Source: Guillardia theta CCMP2712 (Eukaryota; Protista; Cryptophyta). Taken from it: DNA of 64,000 nucleotides. A model generated the notes under the pieces. That model saw nothing but the letters and a program-made list of their open reading frames with translations, was not told the origin of the DNA and made no database searches. The stretch is from positions 121,523 to 185,522 of the forward strand of contig NW_005434611.1 of NCBI RefSeq assembly GCF_000315625.1, read 5' to 3'. Position numbers and translations under genes: made by a program. Shown here piece by piece: positions 31,956 to 43,862 of the stretch (position 1 is its first letter; each line of letters starts with the position of its first letter).

Positions 31956-33240
31956 TGCTGCCCCTGCTCCTGCTCCTGTTGCTGCTCCTGCTCCTGCTTC
32001 TCCTCCTCTCCCAGGTGATCGACGAAGCTCGACAGCAGCTGCTCCAGGAGCGGGTTCAGCTCATATCTCAAGTTCCAACCTCACCTCGGAGTTCTCACCT
32101 TGACTTGCTTCCAGCCCTTCGACAGATCACAGCTGGACTCCGAGCTGAGAATTGAGCATCGAGTCCGCCACGGGCTTGTCTCTGCGCTTCCCCCCCTTGC
32201 TCCTTCCTCACTCCCTCGCCTCCTGCAGGTCGATCGCCGCATGGCGGTGGAGTCAGCCCTCATCGACCTCCTCCTGCTCCAGTCCTGCGACTGTTTCATC
32301 CTCACCCTCCGGAGGTCACGACTGACCTCTTGTCTTCGTTCTCGTCCTCGTCCTTGTCTTTTCCACTTCCACTTCCACTTCCTCGTCCTCTGCCCTGCCC
32401 GTGCTATAGTCCCCGTTTCCTTCCCGTATTGGTTCTTGTTACCTTGTTGCCATCTTCGTCCTCGCTCAACGGCTCTTGCTCGTCTCCTCCACTGCCACCA
32501 TCTCCTCGCCCTCCCCCTTTTCCATATGACTTCCCAGCAGTCACTTCGGAGCAGCAGCGCTTCAGCTGGCTCTTGCTGCTCGGGGGTGAAGTTTGAGCGA
32601 AAGGAGGAGGAGGAGGAGGAGGAGGAGGAGGAGGAGGAGGAGGAGGAGGAGGAGGAGGAGGAGGAGGAGGAGGAGGAGGAGGAGGAGGAGGAGGATGCAG
32701 TTGTTGATCCAGCTCTCTCAGATATCTGCCTCCGTACATCTCTCTCGACGGTCCTCTCTTTCCTATCCATGACGGGAAGCATGAGCCTTACGTGGGTGCA
32801 TATGATGGCGCTAGCGGTTGATGAGGGCTATGGCACTGACAATCACAATGACAATGATGATGATGATGATGATGATGACGATGATGACGATGACGATGAT
32901 GATGATGATGATGATGATGAGGACGATGACGATGATGATGATGATGATGAGGACGATGATGGTTTGATCACCAGTTGTAGTTGCTTCCCTCCCATAACTT
33001 GAACACCTCAGGTTCCAAACGTGCATCATCGCGAATGGGTATCTGAGCATTATGGTCAGGGAGAGTTTAAGGAGAGGAACTGGTTGGAAAGATATTTTTG
33101 AGAACATACAACCCCACTTTCCTTGCCTACCACCTTGATTCCATTTCTTATACTCTGCGCAAAGAAATCACACCAAAGGCTGTACAAACTGTCGACCGCT
33201 CCAGCTCTCTTGTGGCGCAACCTGCGAAACAGAGGAATAG
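28033..33240 (+). CDS. Secreted protein with Ig-like and EGF-like domains and a C-terminal GT23 (FUT8/NodZ-like) fucosyltransferase-like domain
   Basis: Signal peptide ([20 protein letters not shown]). EGF motif [26 protein letters not shown]. Spliced motif [23 protein letters not shown]|[15 protein letters not shown]|[11 protein letters not shown] resembles GT23 motif III and the following SLD. Middle exons and the 3' end are uncertain. Confidence 0.65.
31547..31997 (+). repeat. Intronic compound (CTGCTC/CTGTTG/CTGCCC)n repeat
   Basis: About 450 bp mixed hexamer array. Confidence 0.95.
32603..32960 (+). repeat. Intronic (GAG)n (32603-32694) and (GAT/GAC)n (about 32853-32960) tracts flanking a short exon
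   Basis: Read directly. Confidence 0.9.
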
Positions 33241-35176
33241 CTGTAAACATGTTCCCTGCAGAGAGAGCTCCCTCCTCTCTTCAACCTTGGAACTTTTACC
33301 TTAATTATCGTTGCACTTTGTTTCAAGGTTCGGATTGGAACTTCGACCCCTCAAGTATCTGTCAAGTTGAAAAAGAATGGATGACAGGTGACCGTTTCTA
33401 TCCATCTTTCGGGTGAGCATGACATCAACAAAGATGTCATTACTCGTGTCGTGTCGTGTCGTGTCGTGTCGTGTCATGTCTTTCCACACTGCCTGATCTG
33501 ACTCTCTTTTGCACTTTCCCACCTCTTGTCCGGTCATCTTCAATGTCAACACGTTCTCTTTAGTTCATCCAGGATCTTTCTCCTTCTCCTTCTCCTTCTC
33601 CTTCTCCTTCTCCTTCTCCTTCCCAGCTGGTTGACAATACTCGCTGCTCCAGACGCTGCCACTGTTTGACAGCCTCTCCCCAGTCTCCCCACTGCCACGA
33701 GCATCGTGCCCCTGCTCCCCCCCCCTCCTCCCATCCTCGATCATCTTCCTTCCACTTTCACTGGTTCATGTCTATGATAAGTTTTGGATCTAACTTTATT
33801 GCATTACATCCTCTCTATGACCTCTTCAACACGTTTCATCCTACTCCCCGTCCACCTTTCCCTGGGCGCCTATGGAGGCGCAGACTTGAGATCGCATTCC
33901 CTCCCTTCTTTCATCTCTCACTGAGAGAGGCTCCTCGTCCTTCCTCTCTTCTTTCCTCTGCAGTCTCTCACTTCTAACGTGTTCTCATCCTCCTCGCTGC
34001 AGATTGTCGTCTTCTCAACCCTGCTCCGTCAAAGCTCACGTCCTTCAGCGAGGTCCTCTCGTCGAGACATCCTCTTCTCTTGCTCGCAATAGCCTTGCAA
34101 GCATGAGAGTCTCGTCGCTCCTCGACGTGCCATGCTCTCTCCCTCTCTCCCTCTCTCTACTTTCACTCCAACGCCCCATTCGTGTGTCGACACCACCAGC
34201 CATTTAGCACATGGCGCTTTGTAAGGTCGAAGGGGGTGGGTTAGGGAATGCTGATGCAACCCCTGGTTTCGACTGCTTTTTGATGGGTGGTATTCAGTAT
34301 GGGTAGGTAGGTCCTATCAGAAAAGCAAACGGTCGCATCCAAGAAACCACCCTACCCCCTCAAATCACCATATTAGCACCCATGTACATACATTTTCTCT
34401 ACGCCGTCTCCTTGTTGATTACACTACCCCACTCACCATTCGCCAGGATGATCTTTCTAGTACCCCTACCTTTTCCTACCAAATTCTCTAACTTTCCCTG
34501 GTAGTATATGTACCCCAGCCTTCACCACCCCCCCTGTATGGATTGCTGATTGAACATGTCAGTGTCATCTACACCGACAAACACGGGGGTTGAGAAACAA
34601 AACGAGAGCGGCACAGGAGCGAGAGAGAATGCAGGAGGGAGGAATGGAGAGAATGAAGGAAGATCGAAGTCGATTAGTGTGAGAGCATATACCTGACCCT
34701 GATACTCTCGTCAAGTTGATAAACACTTGCGACAAAAATGCTGAATCCTTGACTGAAAAAGTTGATCGATGTATCTATTTAGTCTTAACACACTCTCTGC
34801 TTCCCGTACTGCAGGACTTGATTGTGTACACCTCAATGTTTCCAATACTCAGCGTTAAGACGAGGATATGAACGAGGATGGGGATATGAGCAATGATTTG
34901 AACGAAGATTTGAATGAGGATTACGAGCTGATATTAGTGCTTGAATAAGCTTCTTTATCATGAATCCCTAGGGTATTGTGGCCTTAAGTCTCATCTTGAA
35001 CTACATTCACTCATTCGCCGTACACCCTCTTTATGCTTGCTTCAGATTCGTGTCCTTCACTGCTCCCAGCCCACCCCCACAAGGTCCTCATCCCAACCAG
35101 TGCAATCATCTTCGTTGTTCGATACCTAGGTTGAGACATCTAGCAGAGCCCTACTTGTTCCCAGGCGATGGCTCAA

Positions 35177-35890
35177 GCTGACTTTGCTCCCATATCGCTG
35201 CTGTTTTGATGACCTGATGTGTATTCCTGTTCAGATTTCACCTCCAAAGTCCATGCACACTTGTGTTCTTTGATGAGAACGTTTGGCTTTGACTCATACA
35301 CGTTCATCACTTTCCATCTTCTTCTCAAGAACTCAAACTCTTGTGTGTGGTTGTTGCAGTGATACTTTGTCTATGGTGCAATTCCTTTATTCCACTCGTC
35401 AAGTACTCGATCAATTACATTTCAGAATCCTGTGTTTCAACCTATCTGTCATCTATCCCCACTTCTGTAGGTTCCTTGTTCTTTCTCTGCAACACTGATA
35501 GGCCTATCAATGGCTTTCTCCTTGACATGGAATGAATTGCGATGTGGGAATTCCCCGTTTTGGTTGGTTGTGCTGTATATCCAGTTTTCCGCTCCTTTCA
35601 CATCATGTAATGCTTCTCTTGCCTGTGCACGACCTGACGCGGGACGGCTTTGTGCCACTGATGTATGATATTTACGTGCAAACAAGTCAACAGGAGGTTG
35701 TCCCACGTAAAGAACTTTTCGTGGTCATCGCGGCCTTTCCTTTTCTGCTCGGCTCATGTGCATCATTGTAGAGCCATAGGCATCTTTAAAATAGCATTCT
35801 CATGCTATGATTCTAGAATCATCTTTAATCAGTACAGTTTGTTGGAGCATGTTGTGTACAAGTCGAAGAAACTGACGATCTAGCCTCAAC
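35177..35890 (-). pseudogene. Degenerate reading frame, possibly a GIY-YIG endonuclease / retroelement remnant
   Basis: One minus-strand frame gives about 235 protein-like codons interrupted by several stops, mostly TGA. It includes RKVLYVGQPPVDLFARKYH. Confidence 0.3.
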
Positions 35891-36439
35891 TCCCAGACTC
35901 ACTCAGAGCCACTGCTCCTTCGTGCAGAAAGGCTACCATCATCTTGCCTTATACTTGATTGCTTGCTCGCTATGAATGTTTACATGTTGCGCAAGTCTTT
36001 TGTTCTATCTCGCTCGACTTATGTGCGTCTACCCTGTCATTTCGTTTCTTTGCCGCCATAATCCAAGATGAGCCGTGACAGTACTCTGTGGCATGGCGCC
36101 CCCACCCCCACCCCCACCCCCTTGATGCATAGACATTTGCCCGGCATACAGCAGGTTCAAATTGCTTTCCTTTTTTTGTTCTTTTTTTTGTTTTTTTGTT
36201 CATGTGTAGTAAATAAGAGAATTGAGAGATGCGACCACGGGTGTAATACCATTAAAGAGGAGGGGTACCTAACAGCTGCAGGGATCGTGAGCGAAAATGC
36301 ATCGATTGGATTTTTTGAGAGTCATGGACCCGAGATATTTTTTTTTCACACAGCGCAAGTTGCCCATTGAAAGACGGGGTACTTTACGGATTCTTAGGGG
36401 GTAGTGCACCATGTGCACACACTGTGATACCCTCTGCAC

Positions 36440-37110
36440 ACAACTGATCACCCACCATAATGTCAGCCCCTAGTACCAACCCTGCAACCTCGAAACATCC
36501 CCTGCTCAAAAGAATTCTCCTCGACTGCTCTAGGTCTGAAAACGATCAAGAGCATCCCTCTGAAATTCATCGTAGCCCTGACCCACGGGGGGACAGCCCT
36601 GCGACCCTGTTGTGAATCGAGCACGTATACCACCCAGACACAATGGACCCCTCGACCCCGCTCCCCTTTCTTTTTTTGGGACAAAGATTGGAAGGTCAAG
36701 ATAATAACCTTCTGCTAAAAGTATTATACAATCATATATCTTTTGTATCCTTTATAAATAACTAATTCTTTTAAAGCCCATCATCGACGAATAATTATAT
36801 ATATTTAGCCTACTTGCCTTCCAGAACCTTCTGTGGTATAAAAACACCGGTTGTCCCACCGTCCACCCTACCCACCTTTCAAGTCCCTCTAGTCATTCGC
36901 CACCTTGACCTTCTCGCTCCGACCACCAACCCCACCCCCCCTCCTTAACCTTCCTACCCACCTGATTTCCACAGGTCGGCTAGCAAAAGTCACTGTAACT
37001 GGACAATAAAAGAGCCACCCAGGGCTACCAATGGACCCCTACCCCCAGACACGGAGACTTGACCCCATTTTTCAATCACCTACCCCTATCTCCCTGTGAG
37101 GGGGTAATGA
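36440..37110 (-). promoter_or_regulatory. ACCC(C)-rich array (G-rich on the - strand) upstream of the Zn2Cys6 gene
   Basis: Repeated ACCCC/TACCC/CACCC on the + strand around an AT-rich core (about 36700-36810). Confidence 0.5.
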
Positions 37111-37794
37111 TTTACCACACAACGAGACGATGCGATCTTTCATATCTTCAGTTGAATCTCGAGATGGGGTACTTAGACTGTCCCAGAGGTCCTAGGCCTT
37201 GTACCAAGAGGTGCTATGTACTACTACCTTCCTAGCACCCTGTAGAATGAGACCAGGCTAGTCCTAGGTCCTACCGTGTGTCGAGCAGTCTACGCCGCGT
37301 CGGCCTCTGCAATGGGTGTTGTTATGTCGGGGTGAATGGGCGACCAGGACAATGCATGGGAGAGGGAGGGCGAGGGGAGAGGGGCGGGGGGAAGCGAGGA
37401 TAGGAAGGAGGGAATGAAATCCAGGGTGATTGAGAAAGATATGTCGCTCGATCGTGACGGCAAGATCTTGATTCCATGATTCGTAGGGGAGGGGAGGGAG
37501 CTTTCATGGTGAAATCTGTGACCCGTTCTGTAGTTTTCCATGTAATAGACTGCTTCACATGAGCACAAGCTCCTTTTTTTGACTTTTTGATCTGCAGGAA
37601 TGATATCAAGATTTCTCCATTTCTTGTGATCAGGGGGCGATTACGAAAAAATGGCAGCTTGCACTCTGCCGTTCCACATTTTGTCGCAACAGCTGGTGAG
37701 CCCGAGAAGCTCGCTTGCCACGCTCATGCAGAAATTTCAGCGGAGGAGCTGAGGATGTTTATTCTTTGTGTCTGATCAAACTTGAAAGAGAGAG

Positions 37795-39057
37795 ATGGAA
37801 GCCGGAGCTGGGGCAGGAGCCTTACTGGGGAACGGTCTCCTTCCCGAACAGGATCAGGATCCGGATGCAGCCGATCCAACACTAGGAAGGCGGAAGCGAA
37901 GGCATCAGGTCAGCAAGCTTGTGCTCTCCATGCGAACTGAGCTGCGACAGGTTTCCATTGCCTGCGTCGTGTGTGCCAAGGCAAAGGCAGCTTGCAACGA
38001 CGCCCGTCCTTGCAAGCGATGCATCCGCCTAGGAAAGGAGGAGCAATGCATCGACAGCGCCGATGTTCGTGCGCAATGGTGGATACAGAAGTCGAGGGGA
38101 GACGTTGCACAGCTTCCAAGCTCAACAAAGAAGTCTCGTGCAGTTTGCTCTGCCCTCTACTTCCACGGTTCTTCGTTCCTTCAGTCCAGCCACTTCCAGC
38201 TACCCAAGAACGTCGCGTGCATGGCTTGCAACAAGGCGAAGGCGCGGTGCGATGGCTGCAGGCCTTGCTCACGATGTCGGGACAGAAAGATCGATTGCGT
38301 CAATCTTACGAAGCAACCGAGGGAGCAAGAGGACTCTGACATCCCGGCAGCAGTGCCTCCTGTGCAGGATGGGATGGAAGATGATTTCGAAGAAGCCACG
38401 GTTGGCAGTAAGGGGATGGACATCTTCGAGGAGATCGTGAATGCATCCCAAGGGCAGCAAGTTGGCATCATGGGAGAGTATCCGGACCCTTCGATTCACA
38501 ACAGTAGGTTCCAGGTCAAGGAGGAGCCGGGGGAGGTACTGCGTTTTGCAAGGGAGGGCAGGGCGTTGCAGGGGCAGCACATGAGGATGAATCTTCCTTC
38601 CAGCAGCTCTGCGTTCCCGATGGACATCTTCTCCACCGACGAGCTCTCCTTCATGAGCCAGATGAACTATCGTGATGCCTTGGACAACAGAGTCCCTGAT
38701 CCTGCTTTGGCCATGCTCCAGGAGTCGTCGTACAGGCCTCCTCCTCTGGCTCAGGAGCCCCTATATCAGCCTGTTCTGATCAACTCGCCTTCTCATGCTG
38801 ATTCAACGTTTGAGCGTCAGGCTCCGTACTTGAGCTCTCGCCCAGCTGCTGCCAAGGCGCTCACTGCTGAAGTTGGCCAGCAGCCCTTGATGCAAGTTAC
38901 GACGAGCAGAAGCAGATTTCAGTGGGAGCAGGAGCAGCAGATGCTGGAGCAAGGGATTGCTGCGAGCTCGGTGCGTCTGGGATATCGAGGAGGAATGGGA
39001 GGTGCTGACGGTTTATGCAGCAGCGAGGAATTTGCATTTCTGGCCGTGGAAATGTGA
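37795..39057 (+). CDS. Transcription factor with two Zn(II)2Cys6 binuclear cluster domains
   Basis: ACVVCAKAKAACNDARPCKRCIRLGKEEQC and ACMACNKAKARCDGCRPCSRCRDRKIDC. NLS-like GRRKRR. Probable short introns near 37909-37950 and 38139-38199. Confidence 0.9.
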   Translation: MEAGAGAGALLGNGLLPEQDQDPDAADPTLGRRKRRHQVSKLVLSMRTELRQVSIACVVCAKAKAACNDARPCKRCIRLGKEEQCIDSADVRAQWWIQKSRGDVAQLPSSTKKSRAVCSALYFHGSSFLQSSHFQLPKNVACMACNKAKARCDGCRPCSRCRDRKIDCVNLTKQPREQEDSDIPAAVPPVQDGMEDDFEEATVGSKGMDIFEEIVNASQGQQVGIMGEYPDPSIHNSRFQVKEEPGEVLRFAREGRALQGQHMRMNLPSSSSAFPMDIFSTDELSFMSQMNYRDALDNRVPDPALAMLQESSYRPPPLAQEPLYQPVLINSPSHADSTFERQAPYLSSRPAAAKALTAEVGQQPLMQVTTSRSRFQWEQEQQMLEQGIAASSVRLGYRGGMGGADGLCSSEEFAFLAVEM

Positions 39058-39835
39058 ATGGGGGGGATCTTACGCAGGCATTTCGAGCTCCCGGAACAGA
39101 TCGTCAGCGCTGATATGTGAGGGGAATAGATGGCCGTTTTTTATCTGAAAGATGTAGCAAAACAACAACAATAAATGTCAATGAAAGCGTAATCATCGTC
39201 TGAAAGCCTCGACGACGACGTTCAATGCTAGAAAGTTTGACATGTCCCAATACTGCATTCGCACCATTCTGTCCTTCCTATGCTTCTTTGATTGCAAGAC
39301 TTGCCATCTGCATTGGAAGTTGCCAATGTTGGCACACCCTTCGCTCTCTTTGCACATCGCGTTACATCGCCACAAATATTGCAGAATTGCAGAAGAAGTT
39401 CATAGACAGACGAAGAAAAGGAGCAGAACAAGAAGAATGAACAAGAGAGAAAGAGACAAAGAGGGAAAGAGAGAAAGAGGGAAAGAGAGAAAGAGAGAAA
39501 GAGAGAAAGCTCTCTGTTTCTCCGTTCTTGAGTGTGATCAACTACTTATGTTCCGAGTCGTTCCTGTTCATTTTGAGCTTTCTCGATCTCTCCCCTTCCC
39601 CATCACCATCTTGGGAAACTACGTTCCTTTCTATAGTGCTCTCACTCTTTACCATCTTTCAAACAATTGCAACTGACAGATATTGATACGGCTACGTCTG
39701 TGCATAACTCTTCTCCAAACTTCCTTTTATCCATTTCACTTCCGCCAGCCTTGCTGGCCGTCCAGCCTCAGTCTAATGGTCTGGGATCCTTCCTGCCTTG
39801 TTACCTGCTTACTTGGATCATCTTTCACTGAAATC

Positions 39836-39836
39836 C

Positions 39837-39920
<84 letters not shown>
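39836..39920 (+). repeat. (TCTG)n microsatellite
   Basis: Perfect tetramer run. Confidence 0.95.
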
Positions 39921-39921
<1 letters not shown>

Positions 39922-42883
39922 TGTCTCAATCAGCCTGCCGACTGGAACAAGGCATGCAGATATACACAAAGAATGATGACAGGGAGAGGGCAGACAGACA
40001 GTCACTTCGACTTGTTTTTATATAGCCTACCTGCGTTCATCTCATCCATCTGATCCATCTGATCCATCCATCCATCCATCCAACTAGATGATCAGTCACT
40101 TAGTAAGCTACTCTGCCAAACTGCTTTGCTTTCTTTTCTATTTCTCAGTTTTGTCTGTCAGTTCAGTGTGCTTGCGAACCTGCCTGCTTGCCTGCCTGCC
40201 TACCTTCCTGCATTTCAACACGTTTCTGTGTGTCTTTGATTTATTCAGTAGCTCTGGACTCGATGACTTGTTTCTGGCTGTAAGAAATACAGTTTTCTCA
40301 CTTTCATCTTTGTCTGTATCTGGTTGCCTCACTCCTTTTCTGGCGATCTTTCAGTTTTGGACAACACACGTGCAATCATCAGTATTCGACTTGATTCTGT
40401 TCTGTATCAAACCTATGCCTGCCATCAAGTACTCTGAGCAAATTTACAATCAAGTTTTCTTGGTCATGCACCGGTGTGCTATATGTCTTACATCAAGTCC
40501 ATACTCCATCTCCCTCCCTCATATTAGGTACTGACTATTCCCTCCCCTCCCCTTTCATCTCTCGCCTTTGACGCATGGCGCCACACGCCCTCCCTTGACT
40601 CCCCTCCGTTGACTTGGTCTCGTTCTAATCGAGATCCTTCTAGCTACTGCTTGCTCTCTTTGGCCCTCTTCCTCCTTCACCCAACTTCTTCCACTGCCCC
40701 TCCCCATTCCCCTTCTCCCGTCCTGCCGCCGACGTCTCTGCTGCTGCTGCTGCTGCTGCTGCTGCTTCCACTACGACGACTCGGACATGTTCGCAGTCGC
40801 AGCTCCCTGTGAAAAAAGAAAATGTTGAAATGAAGTATTTTCGTGACAACAGAAGTGAAAAAAACTGAAAGAATTTGTTTTCACTCTCAGTGTCTTTACA
40901 CATAATCCAATCGTCGTTGAACTACGACGATTGGACCCTCACATACACCACCCCCCCTTTTGAGTGATATTATTGGGGTCCAATACCCCAAAACATTCCC
41001 CGAGCACGAAAAAAAACAAAAAACAAAGGAAAACGAAAAAAAAATAGCGTAGACGGTAATGCAGCGGTGAAATCTGCATGCGACGATAGCGAACGGTGGC
41101 GAAGGTGGGAAGCAGCATGGCAGTTGACAGAGATCAGCTACAGGAATGAATCTCTCCTCTGTCTGGACCCCTGCACTCGATCCTTCCGCTCCCCCTTGTC
41201 CTCCGTCGAATTTCAACTCCAACTGAATCAGTCATACCACACATTCTCTTATCCGACCCTCCTCTGCCCTGCCATGTGCCCCTTGCCTCAGTGTGGCATC
41301 ATGTAAGCTCTCCCACCCGATGACTCACTGTCATTCTCGTGTGCCAAAATGGGTGACTGTGACTATCCTCTTTCCTGTTGTCGTCATGCGTGTGTAGGTC
41401 ATGATGTTTGTTGGTCCCTCTCATTGTGCTTCCTCGTGTTTGTCCTTGTCTTTTGCCTTTCTGACTACCTTCTCTCGCTCCTTAGCTCCCCACCAGTAAA
41501 CCCTCCTTCCTCTCCCTCTCCCTCTCCCTCTCCCTCTCCCTCTCCCTCTCCCTCTCCCCATCCCCATCCCCATTCCCATCCCTTCGCTCTCCCTCTCCCT
41601 CTTTCTCTTCTTTCACATTGTTCATGAGATCATTTTTCCCTGTTGCTGTAAACTGCCTACCATCTTGATCTTCTTCCAGCTGACTCGTCTACTGCCATTG
41701 TCCCAAGGGCTTGACTGGATGATGACGGGGGGCATACCACTCAGGGAGGAAAAGTAATACCACGTAGGGAGAGAAGTTATAGCATCTAGAAGGAGGAATG
41801 GAGGCAGTTGGGTGGTGGTGGCGGTGGGGAGGGAGAGGGGGGGCAATGGTCGCAAGTAGAAGGAGCTTTTGACCGCAGTTGACTATCAACAACCCTGCCC
41901 CTCCGTCTCTGCTCAACTTTCTTGCTTTGCGAATTTGTTCGTTTTCTTGTCGTGAAAGAACTTCCTGTAAACCCCTATGGCTCCCTCCTGCCTCCTCTTC
42001 CCACCTCCTCCCTCCACCTCGTTGATCTCCCTGACTCGTTGCCCTCCCTCGCTCTGTTTTCTCCTATGACAACGTCCGTCGTCCCCCTGCCTTTCCTTTT
42101 ATCAAACTCTCCCTCTATCTAAACTCCCGCTCTCTCCCTCCCCTCATTTCTTCTCCATGTTTCTCCCTCTTGACTTCCCCCTCCCTCTTTCCCTTCTTTC
42201 CTTCTCTTCCCCTCTCTTCCTCTCCTCTCCTCTCCTCTCCTCTCCTCTCCTCTCCTCTCCTCCCGCCTCCTCTCCTCCCGTCTCCTCTCCTCTTCTATTT
42301 CATCCTATCCTATCCTCCCGTCTCCTCTCCTCTCCTCCCGTCTCCTCTGCCCTTCTATTTCATCCTCTCCTCTCCTCATGTTCATTCTCTCCTCCCATCT
42401 TCTCTCCTCTCCTTACGATTTCTCTGCTCAGCTCTTGTCCTGCTTGTCCTGCTCTGCTCTGCTTTTGTTCTGCTCTGCTTTTCTCTCTTCCTCCCTCCCA
42501 TCTCTCCGCACCTCCGTTGCTGGCTCTCCTTCACTTCGTCTCCTCACTTCCATCCTCCCCTCTCCTCGCTATCCCCAAGGGAGGAGGGGAGACAACGATG
42601 TCTGTTCGCCCTCGTGTGCGTCCTTACGATGTCCTCGATATTCTCACCTCCACCTCCACCTCCTCCTCCTCCATATGCCACTGAGAGCGTTTCAGATACT
42701 TCCCGATCTCGTTCCCATAAACTTGCTGCTCTCCTCTCATACCTGTCAACAAGTTCCCCCACATCCTCAGCACCATGTTGGCTGCTTCTCCGCCCTTCCT
42801 CTCCTCTGGCTGTTGTGTGAACTTTCAACGGCGATCTTTGTTAGTATCCCCTGAACTTTTGCCTTCCTTCTCTCCCTCGGCAG

Positions 42884-43138
42884 TTGAGCGAACCAGCAAC
42901 TTTGCTAAACAAGCTCATGAAAGAAGATACAGCTTCTTTTACTTTACTCAAGTGGAAAAGACAAACAGAAGCAAGAAGACTTTGTATCTCTCAACTCCCC
43001 ATGGGCTCTTTCGTGAAACAGGTTCTTCAAGTTTCTGCTTCGCAGTTCCCACTGCTACTCAAAATCCCAAAGGAATTGTTTTCAGAAACAACAATTTTCG
43101 AAGGATGGGAGCTTGAGAATTTGAGATCTCCACGCTGA
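42884..43138 (+). CDS. Possible terminal exon of an unresolved gene
   Basis: Pyrimidine tract and CAG acceptor at 42883, followed by an 84-codon open, protein-like frame (LSEPATLLNKLMKED...). Upstream exons were not resolved. Confidence 0.25.
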   Translation: MSEPATLLNKLMKEDTASFTLLKWKRQTEARRLCISQLPMGSFVKQVLQVSASQFPLLLKIPKELFSETTIFEGWELENLRSPR

Positions 43139-43508
43139 TTCTATTGTCAACGGATACGAATATACCAAAATATACAGGTTCTACATCTCATCTCATCTCA
43201 TCTCATCTATCTCATCTCATCTCATCTCATCGCGGCTCGTCCCGCCTTCTCTCGCCTCGGTTATAGCATCACATAATATCATCAGTCTGCTTGTTCCGTC
43301 CACCAGCAGTACGTCAAGGCCTTCGACTAGCTTTCTTTCTTGCAGTTTTGAGATCATGGTCGCTCCTGCCTGCGTGCGGCTGATCCCCTCCCACCACATA
43401 CCCTCGGTCGATAGTGCTCGATACTGGAGGCTGAAAGCTTTCAGCCTGATTTTCTGCAACTGGTCGTTGAGTACACTGATTAGTTGATCCTGGTTGGCCT
43501 TCAGGTCA

Positions 43509-43751
43509 TCAATCTGTTTGCTCCTGCCTGACGTGAGCTCTTCTCTCTGCTTGTTCTGATTGCTCGTCGTACTTGAGCTCCTCTACCGCCTGGTTTAATC
43601 GCGCCTTCTCCACATCTTGACCTGCTGGTCTTGTCAGGGCCCCCCTCCAGACCGACGTCAGTAACACTCACTGGTAGAGAATCGGAAGGAGGACACGCTG
43701 AGCTGGACCTGAATAGGGGGTGAGAGGAGCAGGAGCAGGAGCAGAAGCAGA

Positions 43752-43782
<31 letters not shown>

Positions 43783-43831
43783 TCAGGATCAGGAGCAGGA
43801 GCAGGATCAGGATCAGGAGCAGGAGCAGGAT

Positions 43832-43862
<31 letters not shown>

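Noticed and set aside
37290-37609. Pro/Ser-rich minus-strand ORFs as a retroelement fragment
   Set aside because: No RT, integrase or endonuclease motif is recognisable.
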